Shown in pieces: positions 29,647 through 39,651 of a stretch of DNA of 64,000 nt. The stretch's first letter is position 1. Every line of letters starts with the position of its first letter. The stretch comes from a virus. Location: IMG/VR virus record IMGVR_UViG_3300010413_000010, positions 34,635-98,634 of that record; one strand, written 5' to 3'. The position numbers and the translations under genes were made by a program. The notes under the pieces were generated by a model. The model was not told the origin of the DNA. It made no database searches and worked only from the letters and a program-made list of their open reading frames with translations.

Positions 29647-30879
29647 CTATCCTCCAAGAGTCTTCCGATTTCGCACCGGGCGAATTCGTTCCTCAATGGC
29701 AAGCCACTTATCAACCGCTTTTTGGGCGTACTCTTCTTCCAGCTCATTACTGATGACGTACTGGATTAGGGACTCCCTGTCGACGATCCCAAAGTGCTCT
29801 ACATAAAGTGACTGCAGCTCTTGATTTTCTTTTATCCAAGCAATCATATTCGCCTGGGTTTTTCTCAGCCCCTGCTCTTTGAAATCTGATTCCATGTCTT
29901 CCAGGTTTCCCCAAGATTCAAGAAACCCTTTAATGGAAGAAGAATTAACTTCTTCAGATTCTTCCTTGAACGGGATGTTGTTGATGACAGCAGGGTCTTT
30001 GAGCTTTCCGTAGTCATCCCGGAGGTCATAGAGGTAGTCGATATTGGTTCCTACGTCGTCAACACCGTACTCGGTGAGAATAGTGAGAAACATCTCTCGT
30101 TTGGGGTACTTACATCGGCTCTTTTCGGCTGTGAACTTGAGAGTCTGACCGATAAGTCGACCCTCCTCTTTGTGTTCCTCGACCACCTTGAGAGCAACCT
30201 GTTGATCTGAATAGAACTCAAGAGCTCGGCCTCCAGACTTAATGTCCTTCTTGCCGAACATCCCGGCATTCAGATTATCTCTGAGCTGGGAGATGGCGAT
30301 CATCAGGACGTTATTGTCCCGAAGGGTCTTGCCCAGATTTCGGAATAACTTAGAAGCATACTTCGCTCTTTCGGCGCCGTAGGTTCCCTTTTTGTATTCC
30401 TTTCCCGCTTCCAGAGCTTTAGCCCTTTCCGCAATTTCCTGCTGCTCCTCTGCAGAACTCAACGAGTCCCAAGAATCAACAACGTAGATACCAATTGTAT
30501 CTTTCTTCTTTTTCGTGGCGAAATTGTAGAGATCGGCCGACAGCTCCTCAACAGTGTCGACATTCTCCACAAAACAGTCTTCCAAGGAAAAGCCGTACAT
30601 CCTTTCGGTGTCGAAGGAGTTTCCCCCCTCTTTATCGAGGTATCTCACCTCAACTTTTCCTTCAAATTTCTTGTATGCTTGATAGATGATCTCATTACAG
30701 AGAACAGTTTTCCCAGCTCCTGACGGGGCCGAGATTCTTACCAGATGGCCTACAGGTCCAGCACCACCACCCATGATTACATCGATGAGGGCGTTCCCGT
30801 AGCTTAGGTAAGTGCGAATTTCGTCCATATCCGTCCTTCCTTCACTGACGTAGTTTTCGAGTTGATCTGTTAATTTCAT
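29647..30879 (-). CDS. RecA/UvsX-like recombinase
   Basis: APSGAGKT, VVDSW, ISQLRD, SGGRALEFY. Confidence 0.9.
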   Translation of the reverse strand: MKLTDQLENYVSEGRTDMDEIRTYLSYGNALIDVIMGGGAGPVGHLVRISAPSGAGKTVLCNEIIYQAYKKFEGKVEVRYLDKEGGNSFDTERMYGFSLEDCFVENVDTVEELSADLYNFATKKKKDTIGIYVVDSWDSLSSAEEQQEIAERAKALEAGKEYKKGTYGAERAKYASKLFRNLGKTLRDNNVLMIAISQLRDNLNAGMFGKKDIKSGGRALEFYSDQQVALKVVEEHKEEGRLIGQTLKFTAEKSRCKYPKREMFLTILTEYGVDDVGTNIDYLYDLRDDYGKLKDPAVINNIPFKEESEEVNSSSIKGFLESWGNLEDMESDFKEQGLRKTQANMIAWIKENQELQSLYVEHFGIVDRESLIQYVISNELEEEYAQKAVDKWLAIEERIRPVRNRKTLGG

Positions 30880-30915
30880 TGAAAATGGGCCGGGGTTGCC
30901 CCCGGCTAAACCAGT

Positions 30916-32007
30916 TTAGAAAACGGTGGACTTGTAGGTCGCTTCACATTTTTCATACAGAGCACAGTCATCACAATCATCAAAACTGTCGATGTCAGTG
31001 CCGAAAGTTCCGCCAGCAGGACAGGTGGGTCCAGCGGCAGCTTCTTTTTCTCGCTGCCTTTTCGCTCTCCGTTCTTCCCGAGTCAGGGAGTCGCTCCCCT
31101 GAGTGGGGGCGTCCGCTACAGGGGCCTGTTCTGCAGGTGACTCAGCTGGTTCACTGGTGACAGTAGTTTCTTCATCTCCGCCGAGGAAATAAGTTCCATC
31201 TAATACGGCAGCGATGTCGTCATAGCTGTACTCCACCAGGTATTCATCAAGAGCGGGAAGGCTTTCAAGGATGTCAGCCGGAATTGCTTCCTCTCTGGTT
31301 TCAAACTCCATCTGTTTGATGGGACCAATGATGGGGTTACCCTTGTTGTCAGTAGCGGTTGAGGGGTCTACCCAGAACCGGAGACTGGTGCCCTTGGGTC
31401 CAGGCTTGGGAAGGATGATCTGCCCGGCACCCCGGTTGGACCGGGAAAGCTTACTCTTCAGATTATCGCCAAAGAAGAAGGTGGAGTACTCCATCACATA
31501 CACATTGCCATCAGCACGGTTTCTTATCAGAAAGAAATCCCTGGCAGTATCGTTCAGAGCTTTAATCTGAGCCTGAAGCCTACCCTTCTCACTGGATTTG
31601 TCGGCATTCTTGTCCCAGGTTCCAATCTCATCGAAGAGTCTGGACTTCTCCTCACAGGCGGGACAGGGCTTACCGAAGTTCTTCTGAGGGCAGAGGTACT
31701 TCTGCTCTCCACTCGGGGTTTTAATCCGATGAAGGGTAATGTTCATCTTCCAATCGGCAGGGTCTTCCCCCTTGAAGGCAGCTAAAAGGGCCTGATATCT
31801 AGGGTGGCTCTTCGTGGCCGGGAAAGGAAGGAAGTCAAAGAGATAGCCGTCGCTGTCTGCAGGGCTTACTTCAAATTTAAACTTCTCGATTCCGTGATCT
31901 TTCTTTAACCGGTTGTAATCGAGAGTCTTCAGGTATTTTTTGCTACCACCAGCCGGGGCTTCCGCAGCGGTGGTATATTCTTCTGTTCCAAAAACGTCAT
32001 AATTCAT
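30916..32007 (-). CDS. Single-stranded DNA-binding protein (gp32-like)
   Basis: H...CP.KNFGKPCPACE zinc site, acidic linker, next to RecA. Confidence 0.65.
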   Translation of the reverse strand: MNYDVFGTEEYTTAAEAPAGGSKKYLKTLDYNRLKKDHGIEKFKFEVSPADSDGYLFDFLPFPATKSHPRYQALLAAFKGEDPADWKMNITLHRIKTPSGEQKYLCPQKNFGKPCPACEEKSRLFDEIGTWDKNADKSSEKGRLQAQIKALNDTARDFFLIRNRADGNVYVMEYSTFFFGDNLKSKLSRSNRGAGQIILPKPGPKGTSLRFWVDPSTATDNKGNPIIGPIKQMEFETREEAIPADILESLPALDEYLVEYSYDDIAAVLDGTYFLGGDEETTVTSEPAESPAEQAPVADAPTQGSDSLTREERRAKRQREKEAAAGPTCPAGGTFGTDIDSFDDCDDCALYEKCEATYKSTVF

Positions 32008-32384
32008 TCTTCTTCAGTCTCCATAAACATTGCCATAATGATGTTCGCTTGTCGGATCGTTAGCATAGGATTGGCAACAAGTAGCATGTCAGCAGTTAAA
32101 CCAGTTTCAATTGTGGTGGTCTCTTTCTGGGCGGTATCGATGTAAAACTGATCCATCTCATCCCGTTGTTGTGAAGTGGCCACGGCGCTGTCGTATACGA
32201 ACCCTTTCTTGCCGTTCCATAGAAACAGAATGCGCTCATTAAATTCGTTGATCGCACTTTCTACCTGTATGGCGACTTCGCCTAATAGTATGGCAACGGA
32301 CAAGGGGAACCTGTCATCTTCAAGTTCTTGTAGGAAGGTTCTGTATTGTAGGGCGGTGTAAATGGTGATCGTTTTATCCGGCAT
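32004..32384 (-). CDS. Hypothetical protein
   Basis: Packed operon ORF. Confidence 0.55.
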   Translation of the reverse strand: MPDKTITIYTALQYRTFLQELEDDRFPLSVAILLGEVAIQVESAINEFNERILFLWNGKKGFVYDSAVATSQQRDEMDQFYIDTAQKETTTIETGLTADMLLVANPMLTIRQANIIMAMFMETEEE

Positions 32385-32856
32385 TGATCCCCCGTATTTG
32401 CACCAGGTCGTCTTGCGTCACTGTCTGCCGAGGACTGCCGGCCTTCGGCGCCGACCCTGACGGATTGACGTTGTTGTAGTACCCGTATATCCACAGGTCT
32501 ACAAGCTTCTGCAGCATAGACTTCCGGCTCTGGATTGCGTTAACCGCAGAAGCATGAGTGTCGACTACTCTCTTCTGAGCAATAATTGCTTCCCGCTTCT
32601 CCACCAGCTCGGAGTCTTTGTTAATAAGTTCACCTACGATTCCCTCAGTCAGTTTGGACAGACCGGTCTCGTAGTTCCCACTCCGAATAGAATGGGCTGT
32701 CTTAGCTACGCTCAATTCCAGGTCAAGGTTCAGTTTTGACAGAATCTCTTTTTCACTGTTGAGCGCTTCTTCATAATCAAAAAGGAGAGTAGACTGTTTT
32801 ACCAGTTCGTCCTCCAAGTTCATTTCGTCAATTTCAATATCTTCTCGAAAATTCAT
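32374..32856 (-). CDS. UvsY-like recombination mediator
   Basis: IEIDE..L..E...Q, KLTE, RK.ML..LV.L...GY; context. Confidence 0.55.
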   Translation of the reverse strand: MNFREDIEIDEMNLEDELVKQSTLLFDYEEALNSEKEILSKLNLDLELSVAKTAHSIRSGNYETGLSKLTEGIVGELINKDSELVEKREAIIAQKRVVDTHASAVNAIQSRKSMLQKLVDLWIYGYYNNVNPSGSAPKAGSPRQTVTQDDLVQIRGINAG

Positions 32857-33098
32857 TCGGTTTCCTTTTCTTTCTCCGGGAAGTACCGGACAGCTTCTTT
32901 ATAGCCGACCCAATTTGCAACTCCACAATCTTGGAGTGCGAGATACTTCGCTGCGTGTTCTTGGAGCTCATCGTAGAGCTTAATTGGAATGGTTATCATT
33001 GGTTCGCTGTTGAACAGCTCTTCTGTAACTCTGCCACTAAGTGGGTACAGAACGTGGTCCCCAGGGAATCCTACTTCTTCTACTGTTTTACCGCTCAT
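32853..33098 (-). CDS. Hypothetical protein
   Basis: ALQ.CGV.NW.GY.EA phage motif. Confidence 0.55.
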   Translation of the reverse strand: MSGKTVEEVGFPGDHVLYPLSGRVTEELFNSEPMITIPIKLYDELQEHAAKYLALQDCGVANWVGYKEAVRYFPEKEKETE

Positions 33099-33642
33099 CG
33101 CCGTGCCCCCCAATCGCATTCCGTTCAAGCCGGGATTCCAGCTTTTCACGGTTCTCATTCAGAATCTCAAAGACATCAAAGCCGTAGTCACTGGCGTCTT
33201 CAATGAGTCCACCAACGAGTCCAACAAGGAGGCTTACTAGTTCGTTTCGCTTTTTGTAATTCGAGACATCGTAGTGAGTGTCCCGGATCACTTTTTTCAT
33301 GTGCTCTTGAACAGTAAAGATGTCTTTGTAGCTGATACTGAATCTCGGTATCTGGGTAGTCAGTTCTCCAAGGAGGTTCAGCCGATACAAGAGGTGGCCC
33401 AGGTAGTAGAAAACATCCCCAAACTCTTTCCGGGTAAGTCGTCTCCATTCGTCCATTTCCTCTCTCGGGATGTTCCCGAAAATGTAGGGCGAAATCTTAT
33501 CCATGAGCTCATGGTATTCCCCGCCGATCCCGAGGACACAGCAAGCAATGGCATCTTCATGGGTTTTGTGGATACTGGTGGTAACGGTCCAGTTCGCATA
33601 TTCAGTAAATTTCTCAACAAATTCTGGTTTGATTTTCTGCAT
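33088..33642 (-). CDS. MazG-like NTP pyrophosphohydrolase
   Basis: LG..GE..E...K, KEFGDVFYY, N..KL.SR..R..I.G.GD.R. Confidence 0.8.
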   Translation of the reverse strand: MQKIKPEFVEKFTEYANWTVTTSIHKTHEDAIACCVLGIGGEYHELMDKISPYIFGNIPREEMDEWRRLTRKEFGDVFYYLGHLLYRLNLLGELTTQIPRFSISYKDIFTVQEHMKKVIRDTHYDVSNYKKRNELVSLLVGLVGGLIEDASDYGFDVFEILNENREKLESRLERNAIGGHGDER

Positions 33643-34550
33643 TATTGATTCCTCATGTATGCTTCGTAGCTGGCCTTGACCAGTCCGGGAAGGCCATCAC
33701 CGGGTTTGTACCCTTGGAACGAAAGTAGGACGTTGAACGCTGCGTTATGTTTATTCTTCAGCAAGGTCTTAGCTGTGTATGTTCTGACTGTTTGCACGAC
33801 AACTTCTGGAGGGGCAGTTATCCCGGCCAAAACAGGAGCGATGTCTACCCACGGCGCCGGTCTGACCAAGAGCTTCGCCAGTTGGATGACTTCAGCTTTT
33901 TCTTCTTCTGTGTGGTTGACAATCAGTTCATCCTGGTGAGCGGGGTCTATTCCCCTCATCTGGTTTAATAGAACTAAGCTCTCGCGTGGATTACGGTCTT
34001 TAGCTGTAACTATCTTGCCCAGCATTTGCCGGTCGATCTGAATCTGCTCTTTATCTGCAATATCTTTTAGATATTTAATGAGCTCCCGTTTGTCGGGTGT
34101 TTCAACTCGATACTCGGCTGCCCGTGACCGCACCGTCGCTTTCAGCTTCTGAGGGTCCGTTGTTGCAAAAACAATGTACGCATGAGCCGGTGTCTCCTCC
34201 AGAACGGTCTTCAGGAGGATTTCCTGAGCTTCCGGCGTCAGACGGTGGCACTCATCGAGGATGTACATTTTGTCCCCGCCGAAGCCCCGAAAAACTATAC
34301 GTTTTTCAAGTTCCCTGGCAAAATCCACTCCATTTGCGTTAGCAGCATTTGTCTCTTCGATCTGCTCAATTCCCAGCTCTTGGGCCAACAGCCGAGCGAA
34401 GGTGGTTTTACCCGTCCCCCGCTCTCCGATGAACAGATAGAAATGTGCTCTGTCAGGGTTGCTGATCTGTCCTTGGAGTGAAGCAACTGTGGCTTCATTG
34501 CCCAGTACTTCACTCCAGTTTTTAGGCCGATACTTTAAGTGTAAGCTCAC
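33642..34550 (-). CDS. Clamp loader (DNA Pol III gamma/tau-like AAA+)
   Basis: LHLKYRP, GERGTGKTT, ILDECH, ATT.P.K; GTG start after GGAGG. Confidence 0.88.
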   Translation of the reverse strand: MSLHLKYRPKNWSEVLGNEATVASLQGQISNPDRAHFYLFIGERGTGKTTFARLLAQELGIEQIEETNAANANGVDFARELEKRIVFRGFGGDKMYILDECHRLTPEAQEILLKTVLEETPAHAYIVFATTDPQKLKATVRSRAAEYRVETPDKRELIKYLKDIADKEQIQIDRQMLGKIVTAKDRNPRESLVLLNQMRGIDPAHQDELIVNHTEEEKAEVIQLAKLLVRPAPWVDIAPVLAGITAPPEVVVQTVRTYTAKTLLKNKHNAAFNVLLSFQGYKPGDGLPGLVKASYEAYMRNQ

Positions 34551-34755
34551 GCACACCTCCGACCCGGACTCTATACTTCCGCGCTTTACAGTCAGCCTGA
34601 ATCCTCTCCCAGACCAACCATTCAGTTGTTGCACGGCGCGGAGAGATCAGGTCTTTATAGACAGCTCTCCAGCCACCGTCGTGCCAATCAAGCACCTTTG
34701 GCACCCATACGTTTCCAACTCTCTGTATCCGAAATCGCACACCTCGGTGTGACAT
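34522..34755 (-). CDS. Basic hypothetical protein
   Basis: AAGGAGG before MSHRG. Confidence 0.5.
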   Translation of the reverse strand: MSHRGVRFRIQRVGNVWVPKVLDWHDGGWRAVYKDLISPRRATTEWLVWERIQADCKARKYRVRVGGVRELTLKVSA

Positions 34756-35031
34756 TTCAGATACCTCCTTCTCTGTACCTTTAATTGTGATGGTCTTTCG
34801 TCGCCACATCGTCCGCTCCCTGAATTAGGTAATGACTGTACGCAACGCGCACAGGGGCGGCAGTAAGGGTTCCTCCTTAGTTAATGTGACTAACAGACAT
34901 GTGTGGTGGGACGGACATGTAGTGTCCGCTTTGGGTTAACAGGGTAACAAGTGTTAAGCATTTTCCGGGCCAAAAGTGGACATTTCGTGTCCATTTATAC
35001 CGGAAATTGTATATATCACGTGTTTCTTTTC

Positions 35032-35060
35032 TTGACATGTAACTTGAAGTGACATATCAT
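35032..35060 (+). promoter_or_regulatory. Sigma70-type promoter opposing the replication operon
   Basis: TTGACA-17-TATCAT. Confidence 0.75.
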
Positions 35061-35066
35061 GCCGTT

Positions 35067-35209
35067 AACAGTAACGACTATCGTTTAGTTGTTCCTTGGT
35101 GTTCTAACAACAGACAATCGATACATCAGGTTTTGGTAGAACCTGTTGCCCACACAAAAACATGTTTGTTAGTTCCTGCCGGTTGAGTTGCCTCTCAACC
35201 GGTTTTTTT
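35067..35209 (+). ncRNA. Candidate ~140-nt sRNA
   Basis: Bounded by a promoter and a terminator; two hairpins; no credible ORF. Confidence 0.6.
35179..35209 (+). terminator. Intrinsic terminator
   Basis: ccggttgag-ttgcct-ctcaaccgg followed by T7. Confidence 0.85.
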
Positions 35210-35215
35210 ATCCCT

Positions 35216-36100
35216 TTAGATCAAATTTAACTCCTTCTTCAGATGCAGTGCATCATCTTGATCTAAGTCTCCGGGGTCCCCGGAGTCCAGTGTGATATTC
35301 CGTACCACTAGCCCCGCCGTCGAAAGGTAGTTGGCCACTTTGATGGCTTTCTCCTGCGCAGCAAGCTCTGAGTCGAATAAGGTATATACTTTTCGGTACT
35401 GCTGGACCAACAGATTCAGTTGGTTGTACGTTACGGCCGTGCCGAACGCTGCTATAGCACCGTCACCTAATCTTATTGCGTCAAATACCCCCTCAACGAG
35501 AATTACAGTATCTCGCGTCGAATTGTCGAGATTAAAGAAGATGTCTTTGTGAAAAATCACCTCATCTTCTGGTTTCGCCGTCATGTATTTCGGCGTGGCG
35601 TCGACATAGCTTCGCCCTTGATAGCTCACGATAGTTTTCTTGTAGGTTATTGGGAATATGATTCGATACGGATAGTAATCCGTAGAGCCGGTTACCCGTA
35701 GATCATACTTACGGATAAGGTAGTCTGCGTCGAAACCGCGCCGGGTGAGGTAGCCCTTATGTTGCGGTTTGAAGTCCGGTGAGCCGGGTGGGGTACATTT
35801 CGATGCCCTCAGACGAGTTCTCGATTCCCCCAGTGGATGGTGTTGAATATCGCCATATTCAGTTACTAGTTTGGAAGCAGAGCTTCCTGTCAGTGCTCGT
35901 ATGAGCTTCGGCCAACTATGGCCCCCACACTTCCAGCAGTAAGGCCTTTTTTTGCCGGTTATTTCAAGGCCCATGTGGTTCAGCGAATCATCGCAAAACG
36001 GGCATTGAATCCCGACATGGCCCCTTGAGACATTGGTACTGCCTGGGGGCCACCACTGGATTCCGTGGTCGTCGAGGAAACGGATAACATCAAATGCCAT
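35216..36100 (-). CDS. DNA primase (zinc finger + TOPRIM)
   Basis: CPFC...H...CWKC, RIIFPI, LVEGVFDA, FD.E, DPG. Confidence 0.85.
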   Translation of the reverse strand: MAFDVIRFLDDHGIQWWPPGSTNVSRGHVGIQCPFCDDSLNHMGLEITGKKRPYCWKCGGHSWPKLIRALTGSSASKLVTEYGDIQHHPLGESRTRLRASKCTPPGSPDFKPQHKGYLTRRGFDADYLIRKYDLRVTGSTDYYPYRIIFPITYKKTIVSYQGRSYVDATPKYMTAKPEDEVIFHKDIFFNLDNSTRDTVILVEGVFDAIRLGDGAIAAFGTAVTYNQLNLLVQQYRKVYTLFDSELAAQEKAIKVANYLSTAGLVVRNITLDSGDPGDLDQDDALHLKKELNLI

Positions 36101-36201
36101 TGCGAAAACTCGACGGTTCTTTCTGTATATCACGGGTAGTTTTCATCGGTCAACTCTTTTTTTGAAGATTTTGTGAAGATGGGTGAAAAAAGTTATTTCT
36201 C

Positions 36202-36408
36202 TTACATTATTAGCGATATGTCGCTTTTTTGTGTCTTTTTCGGCTGTAGGGAGAGAAACAGTTCTGCAATACAGTCCTCACAAAGATCGTAATTTGCCTC
36301 AGTTTCGATCATTCCTTCCAGATTTTTGGTCAGAATATCTACCTGTTTGATTTCCTCAGAGAAAAGGTCTACGCTCTTCTCACATCGGTCACAGATTATC
36401 GCTTTCAT
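36202..36408 (-). CDS. Small zinc-finger protein
   Basis: CDRC...DLCEDC. Confidence 0.65.
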   Translation of the reverse strand: MKAIICDRCEKSVDLFSEEIKQVDILTKNLEGMIETEANYDLCEDCIAELFLSLQPKKTQKSDISLIM

Positions 36409-36782
36409 ATTTGCTCCTTTATGCTCACCACCCGTAGCCGGGATGGGAGAGCCATATATTCTTCACCCGCTACATCTCGGATTCGCAGCATGGGTTTGCC
36501 GGTCCACTCGTAGCCCACCACGACGTACTGTTCGTGGAGGTCGAATATATCAGCGTACCGAAGGTTCTTAGCCTCGACGACGATCTCCGGTAGCTGCCCA
36601 ACTTTCCTGAAGGTCTCCAGCTTGTTGTTGTAAATGTCAATCAAGAGACCAGTTTCTTCACAGTAGAGCAGTGTTAACCGCCCCATAGTCATTAAAGCTG
36701 TGTATTCAGTTTCGTCCGAGCCGTCCCACCAGAAGCGCTTAAACTCTTCCCGGTACGGCTCGGCTATTTTTGTTTTGTACAT
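36405..36782 (-). CDS. Hypothetical protein
   Basis: GAGG RBS, ATGA coupling. Confidence 0.55.
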   Translation of the reverse strand: MYKTKIAEPYREEFKRFWWDGSDETEYTALMTMGRLTLLYCEETGLLIDIYNNKLETFRKVGQLPEIVVEAKNLRYADIFDLHEQYVVVGYEWTGKPMLRIRDVAGEEYMALPSRLRVVSIKEQI

Positions 36783-36806
36783 CCGTCCTCTGCTCCTTAG
36801 CATTTC

Positions 36807-37016
36807 TTATTCTGTAAAACCGATCCGGGCCTCTTTAGTCCCGACGACCATTTTATGAAGATCAAGAACACACTCTTTAAGTGACTCGACTTCTTCAACC
36901 GAGTACCCCAGCAGAGAGATGCCTTCTTTGCTGATATGGACGGCTCGGTCAATTGGCTCGTCCTCAATCGTGCTGTCGATTTCCAGAACATCTTCTTTTT
37001 CTTTGTCTTTTTTCAC
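36807..37016 (-). CDS. Hypothetical protein
   Basis: Coupled to the polymerase stop. Confidence 0.5.
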   Translation of the reverse strand: MKKDKEKEDVLEIDSTIEDEPIDRAVHISKEGISLLGYSVEEVESLKECVLDLHKMVVGTKEARIGFTE

Positions 37017-39649
37017 TAAGCTGCTCCAAGCATAAAGTCTTCGTCTTTGTTGTGTTCGTACCAGTTATCCCGGTAAATTTCCCCGGCCAGCATCAGGGGT
37101 AGCTGGACCCACTTATGCTTTTCTTTGATTCTGATACTGAAATGGTATTCGACCATTTTCTTCACTTCCTCGATCTCTTCAAAGGGTACTTCCAGGATGA
37201 TGGCATCGTGGATTTCTCCAACAAACCCGGTCTTCATCCCTCTCTCTTCCAGCTCTTTTGTCATTGTGATTACACCCTCAAGAAGAAGATGGAATGACGG
37301 CCCCTGGATGGGGTAGTTTGTGAGTTGGTTCTTCGTCATCAAGGAGTTGTACATGACTCCAGTGAGACCGTAGATAACTCCGTTGCGCACATACTCTTTC
37401 CACAGCCGGTTCCGCCACGATCCGAGTTCTCCGAACCGGACATTCCAGTAGTCGTCGTAGAACGTATAGCAGTGCTTTTCCCAGTCCTCGAAGTTCATGA
37501 TGCCAACGGTCTGCAGGTACTCCTTCAGCTCGTTGCCCATATGCCCGTGCCACAGGTTGTAGGCAAGCATTCTGGCGCTGGAACCGTATTGGATCGCAAA
37601 ATTTGCAGTTTTACCAACGTTCCTCTTTTTCTTGAAGAGAGGATCATCTTCGGTCATCACACACTTAAACAGAGCTGCTGCTGTATCGGAGTGCATGTCC
37701 GTTGACTCGTCCATGAGATATCGGGTCATGGTCGGGTCTCCGTGGATGTCACAGCCTCGGTAGGCTTCCAAAGACTTGTAGTCTATATCCAGATATACAC
37801 ACCCCGGTCTGGGTTTGAAGACTGACTTAATATAACTCATCATCTTCAGGTCCCGTTTGGGTAGATTCTGGAAATTTGGTGACTGCGAACTTGACCTGTA
37901 TGATCTAATCAAGTTCAGCAAGTAGTTTGGCCGTATTACATTATCCCAAGTCTCTCTCTTGATCCCTGCAAGGAATGTGTCTCTGGATTGCAGAATCGTT
38001 TTGTATTCAGCAATGTCTTTGGCAATCTGCAGTCCGTCCCGTTCAAAGAATCCTTCAAGAACCTCTGCTTTTGTGGACGGCTGCCCTCTGTCCGTTTTTT
38101 CGACAACTGTGTAACCTATCCGTTTGTAAAAAAGCTCGATAAGATCAGCATTTGATCCGGGGTTAAAAGTTGTCCATCCAGCAACTTCCTTGGCTTCCAT
38201 GATCCGCTTGTAGAGAACCTGCGCCTTCCCGTCCAGCTCGATGTAATTTTTCTCAAGAAGGATTGCATCCACGTAGAAACCTCTAAAGGTCATCTTGGAT
38301 AAGGCAATCTGTCCTTCATGAAAAAGCTCATACCCCCGCTGGATAGCTGGTATTTGCTTAATTTCAGATTCCATTTCTTCACAGATGTGAAAAGTGAACC
38401 AAGCGTCCAAGCCGTTGTACACCAGAACTCGTCGTATGGGAGCCTTCTTAATCTGGTTTAATGAGTGACTGGACTTATCTGCAGAATCGAGAAACCCGTC
38501 GATTTCTGCATCATATCCGGCATTTCCATGCCGCACAAAGGTTTGAAATTTGAGACTGGTGATCCCAGGGCGATTGTCAAGGATATGAGTTCCTATCATT
38601 CCGTCGAATCGCCAGTTTTTTATCCAGACACCGAGAAAGTGCTTGATCCATATGTTTTCAAACTGAATATTCCAGCCGTACTTCGGGACATTTGAAGCCA
38701 TCAGACGGCGCAGCATATTCAGTGTGCGTTTGTCTTTGGGATGCCGGAATGCCCAGATACTCTTTCCATCGGAAAATCCCCAGGTGTAAATCTCCTGCTC
38801 TTCCCGGAATGGCTTTAATCCGGTTGTTTCAATGTCGAATGCGAACTTCGGCACCGTCATCAAATACTTTATTACATTTTGTATTTCTTCTTGACCGGTT
38901 AAGACCTTGGTTTCAGGGGGAGTAGTGTTTCTCCATTGTGCCTTTAACCCGGCCCGTAACTGCTTCTTCGTGAACTTTTCACGTATTACAAAACCATCCG
39001 TACCACTCAGATAGTTATCTTCCCATAAGTTCTTTGCAAACCGTGCTTCCGGTTTTCTGGCCTTGATCGAATTACGTCTGTACTCCAGGTCTGCCAGGGT
39101 TTCCCGAGGATTCAGGATCGGGACAACGACTGTCTTGTAGTCTTGGTCAGGGATTACAGCCCCTGGGAATTTAGCGTATGTGGCAAATGAGAACCGTCCA
39201 GAACTCACATGTTGATACAGAGTTTTCATCGCTACGCTGCCGAAAACTAACACCCTTTCCGGCTGTAGTCGTTTGATTGTCGCTTTTAACCTGAGATGAC
39301 ACCCTTGAACAGATTGCGGTGATACCAGTATTTCTTTATTTGCGAATTTAGACTGATAGCACTGAACGGCGTGAGTGATCCACACGTCGTCCTGATCAAT
39401 CCCCATCTTCTCCAGTAGGGAGAAAAGGTACTGATGCTCTGGAGAAGAAAAGGCACGAGAAGTCCTGTCTTCCTTCTCAGTTGGGCTGTCGAATATCAAC
39501 AGAATCCGCTTCTTCCCCTTCCCTACTACAGGGAATTTTGGTGTATTACAATATTTGTAGGCAGCACAGGTTTCACACCCTGTGGCCCTTGCTTCCCGTT
39601 TTAATTTTGGGAGTCCCTTCTCTTTGGGAATATCTAAGAATCCTGTCAT
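37016..39649 (-). CDS. Family A DNA polymerase with N-terminal UDG-like domain
   Basis: Exo I FDIETTG, motif A DYKSLE, motif B R...K..NF...YG, motif C IHDA; N-terminal family-4 UDG-like Cys pattern. Confidence 0.92.
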   Translation of the reverse strand: MTGFLDIPKEKGLPKLKREARATGCETCAAYKYCNTPKFPVVGKGKKRILLIFDSPTEKEDRTSRAFSSPEHQYLFSLLEKMGIDQDDVWITHAVQCYQSKFANKEILVSPQSVQGCHLRLKATIKRLQPERVLVFGSVAMKTLYQHVSSGRFSFATYAKFPGAVIPDQDYKTVVVPILNPRETLADLEYRRNSIKARKPEARFAKNLWEDNYLSGTDGFVIREKFTKKQLRAGLKAQWRNTTPPETKVLTGQEEIQNVIKYLMTVPKFAFDIETTGLKPFREEQEIYTWGFSDGKSIWAFRHPKDKRTLNMLRRLMASNVPKYGWNIQFENIWIKHFLGVWIKNWRFDGMIGTHILDNRPGITSLKFQTFVRHGNAGYDAEIDGFLDSADKSSHSLNQIKKAPIRRVLVYNGLDAWFTFHICEEMESEIKQIPAIQRGYELFHEGQIALSKMTFRGFYVDAILLEKNYIELDGKAQVLYKRIMEAKEVAGWTTFNPGSNADLIELFYKRIGYTVVEKTDRGQPSTKAEVLEGFFERDGLQIAKDIAEYKTILQSRDTFLAGIKRETWDNVIRPNYLLNLIRSYRSSSQSPNFQNLPKRDLKMMSYIKSVFKPRPGCVYLDIDYKSLEAYRGCDIHGDPTMTRYLMDESTDMHSDTAAALFKCVMTEDDPLFKKKRNVGKTANFAIQYGSSARMLAYNLWHGHMGNELKEYLQTVGIMNFEDWEKHCYTFYDDYWNVRFGELGSWRNRLWKEYVRNGVIYGLTGVMYNSLMTKNQLTNYPIQGPSFHLLLEGVITMTKELEERGMKTGFVGEIHDAIILEVPFEEIEEVKKMVEYHFSIRIKEKHKWVQLPLMLAGEIYRDNWYEHNKDEDFMLGAA

Positions 39650-39651
39650 TA

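Noticed and set aside
35160-35181. Second anti-16S segment (against the CCTAACACATG region)
   Set aside because: Needs two interruptions with helices of only 5-7 bp; compatible with chance.
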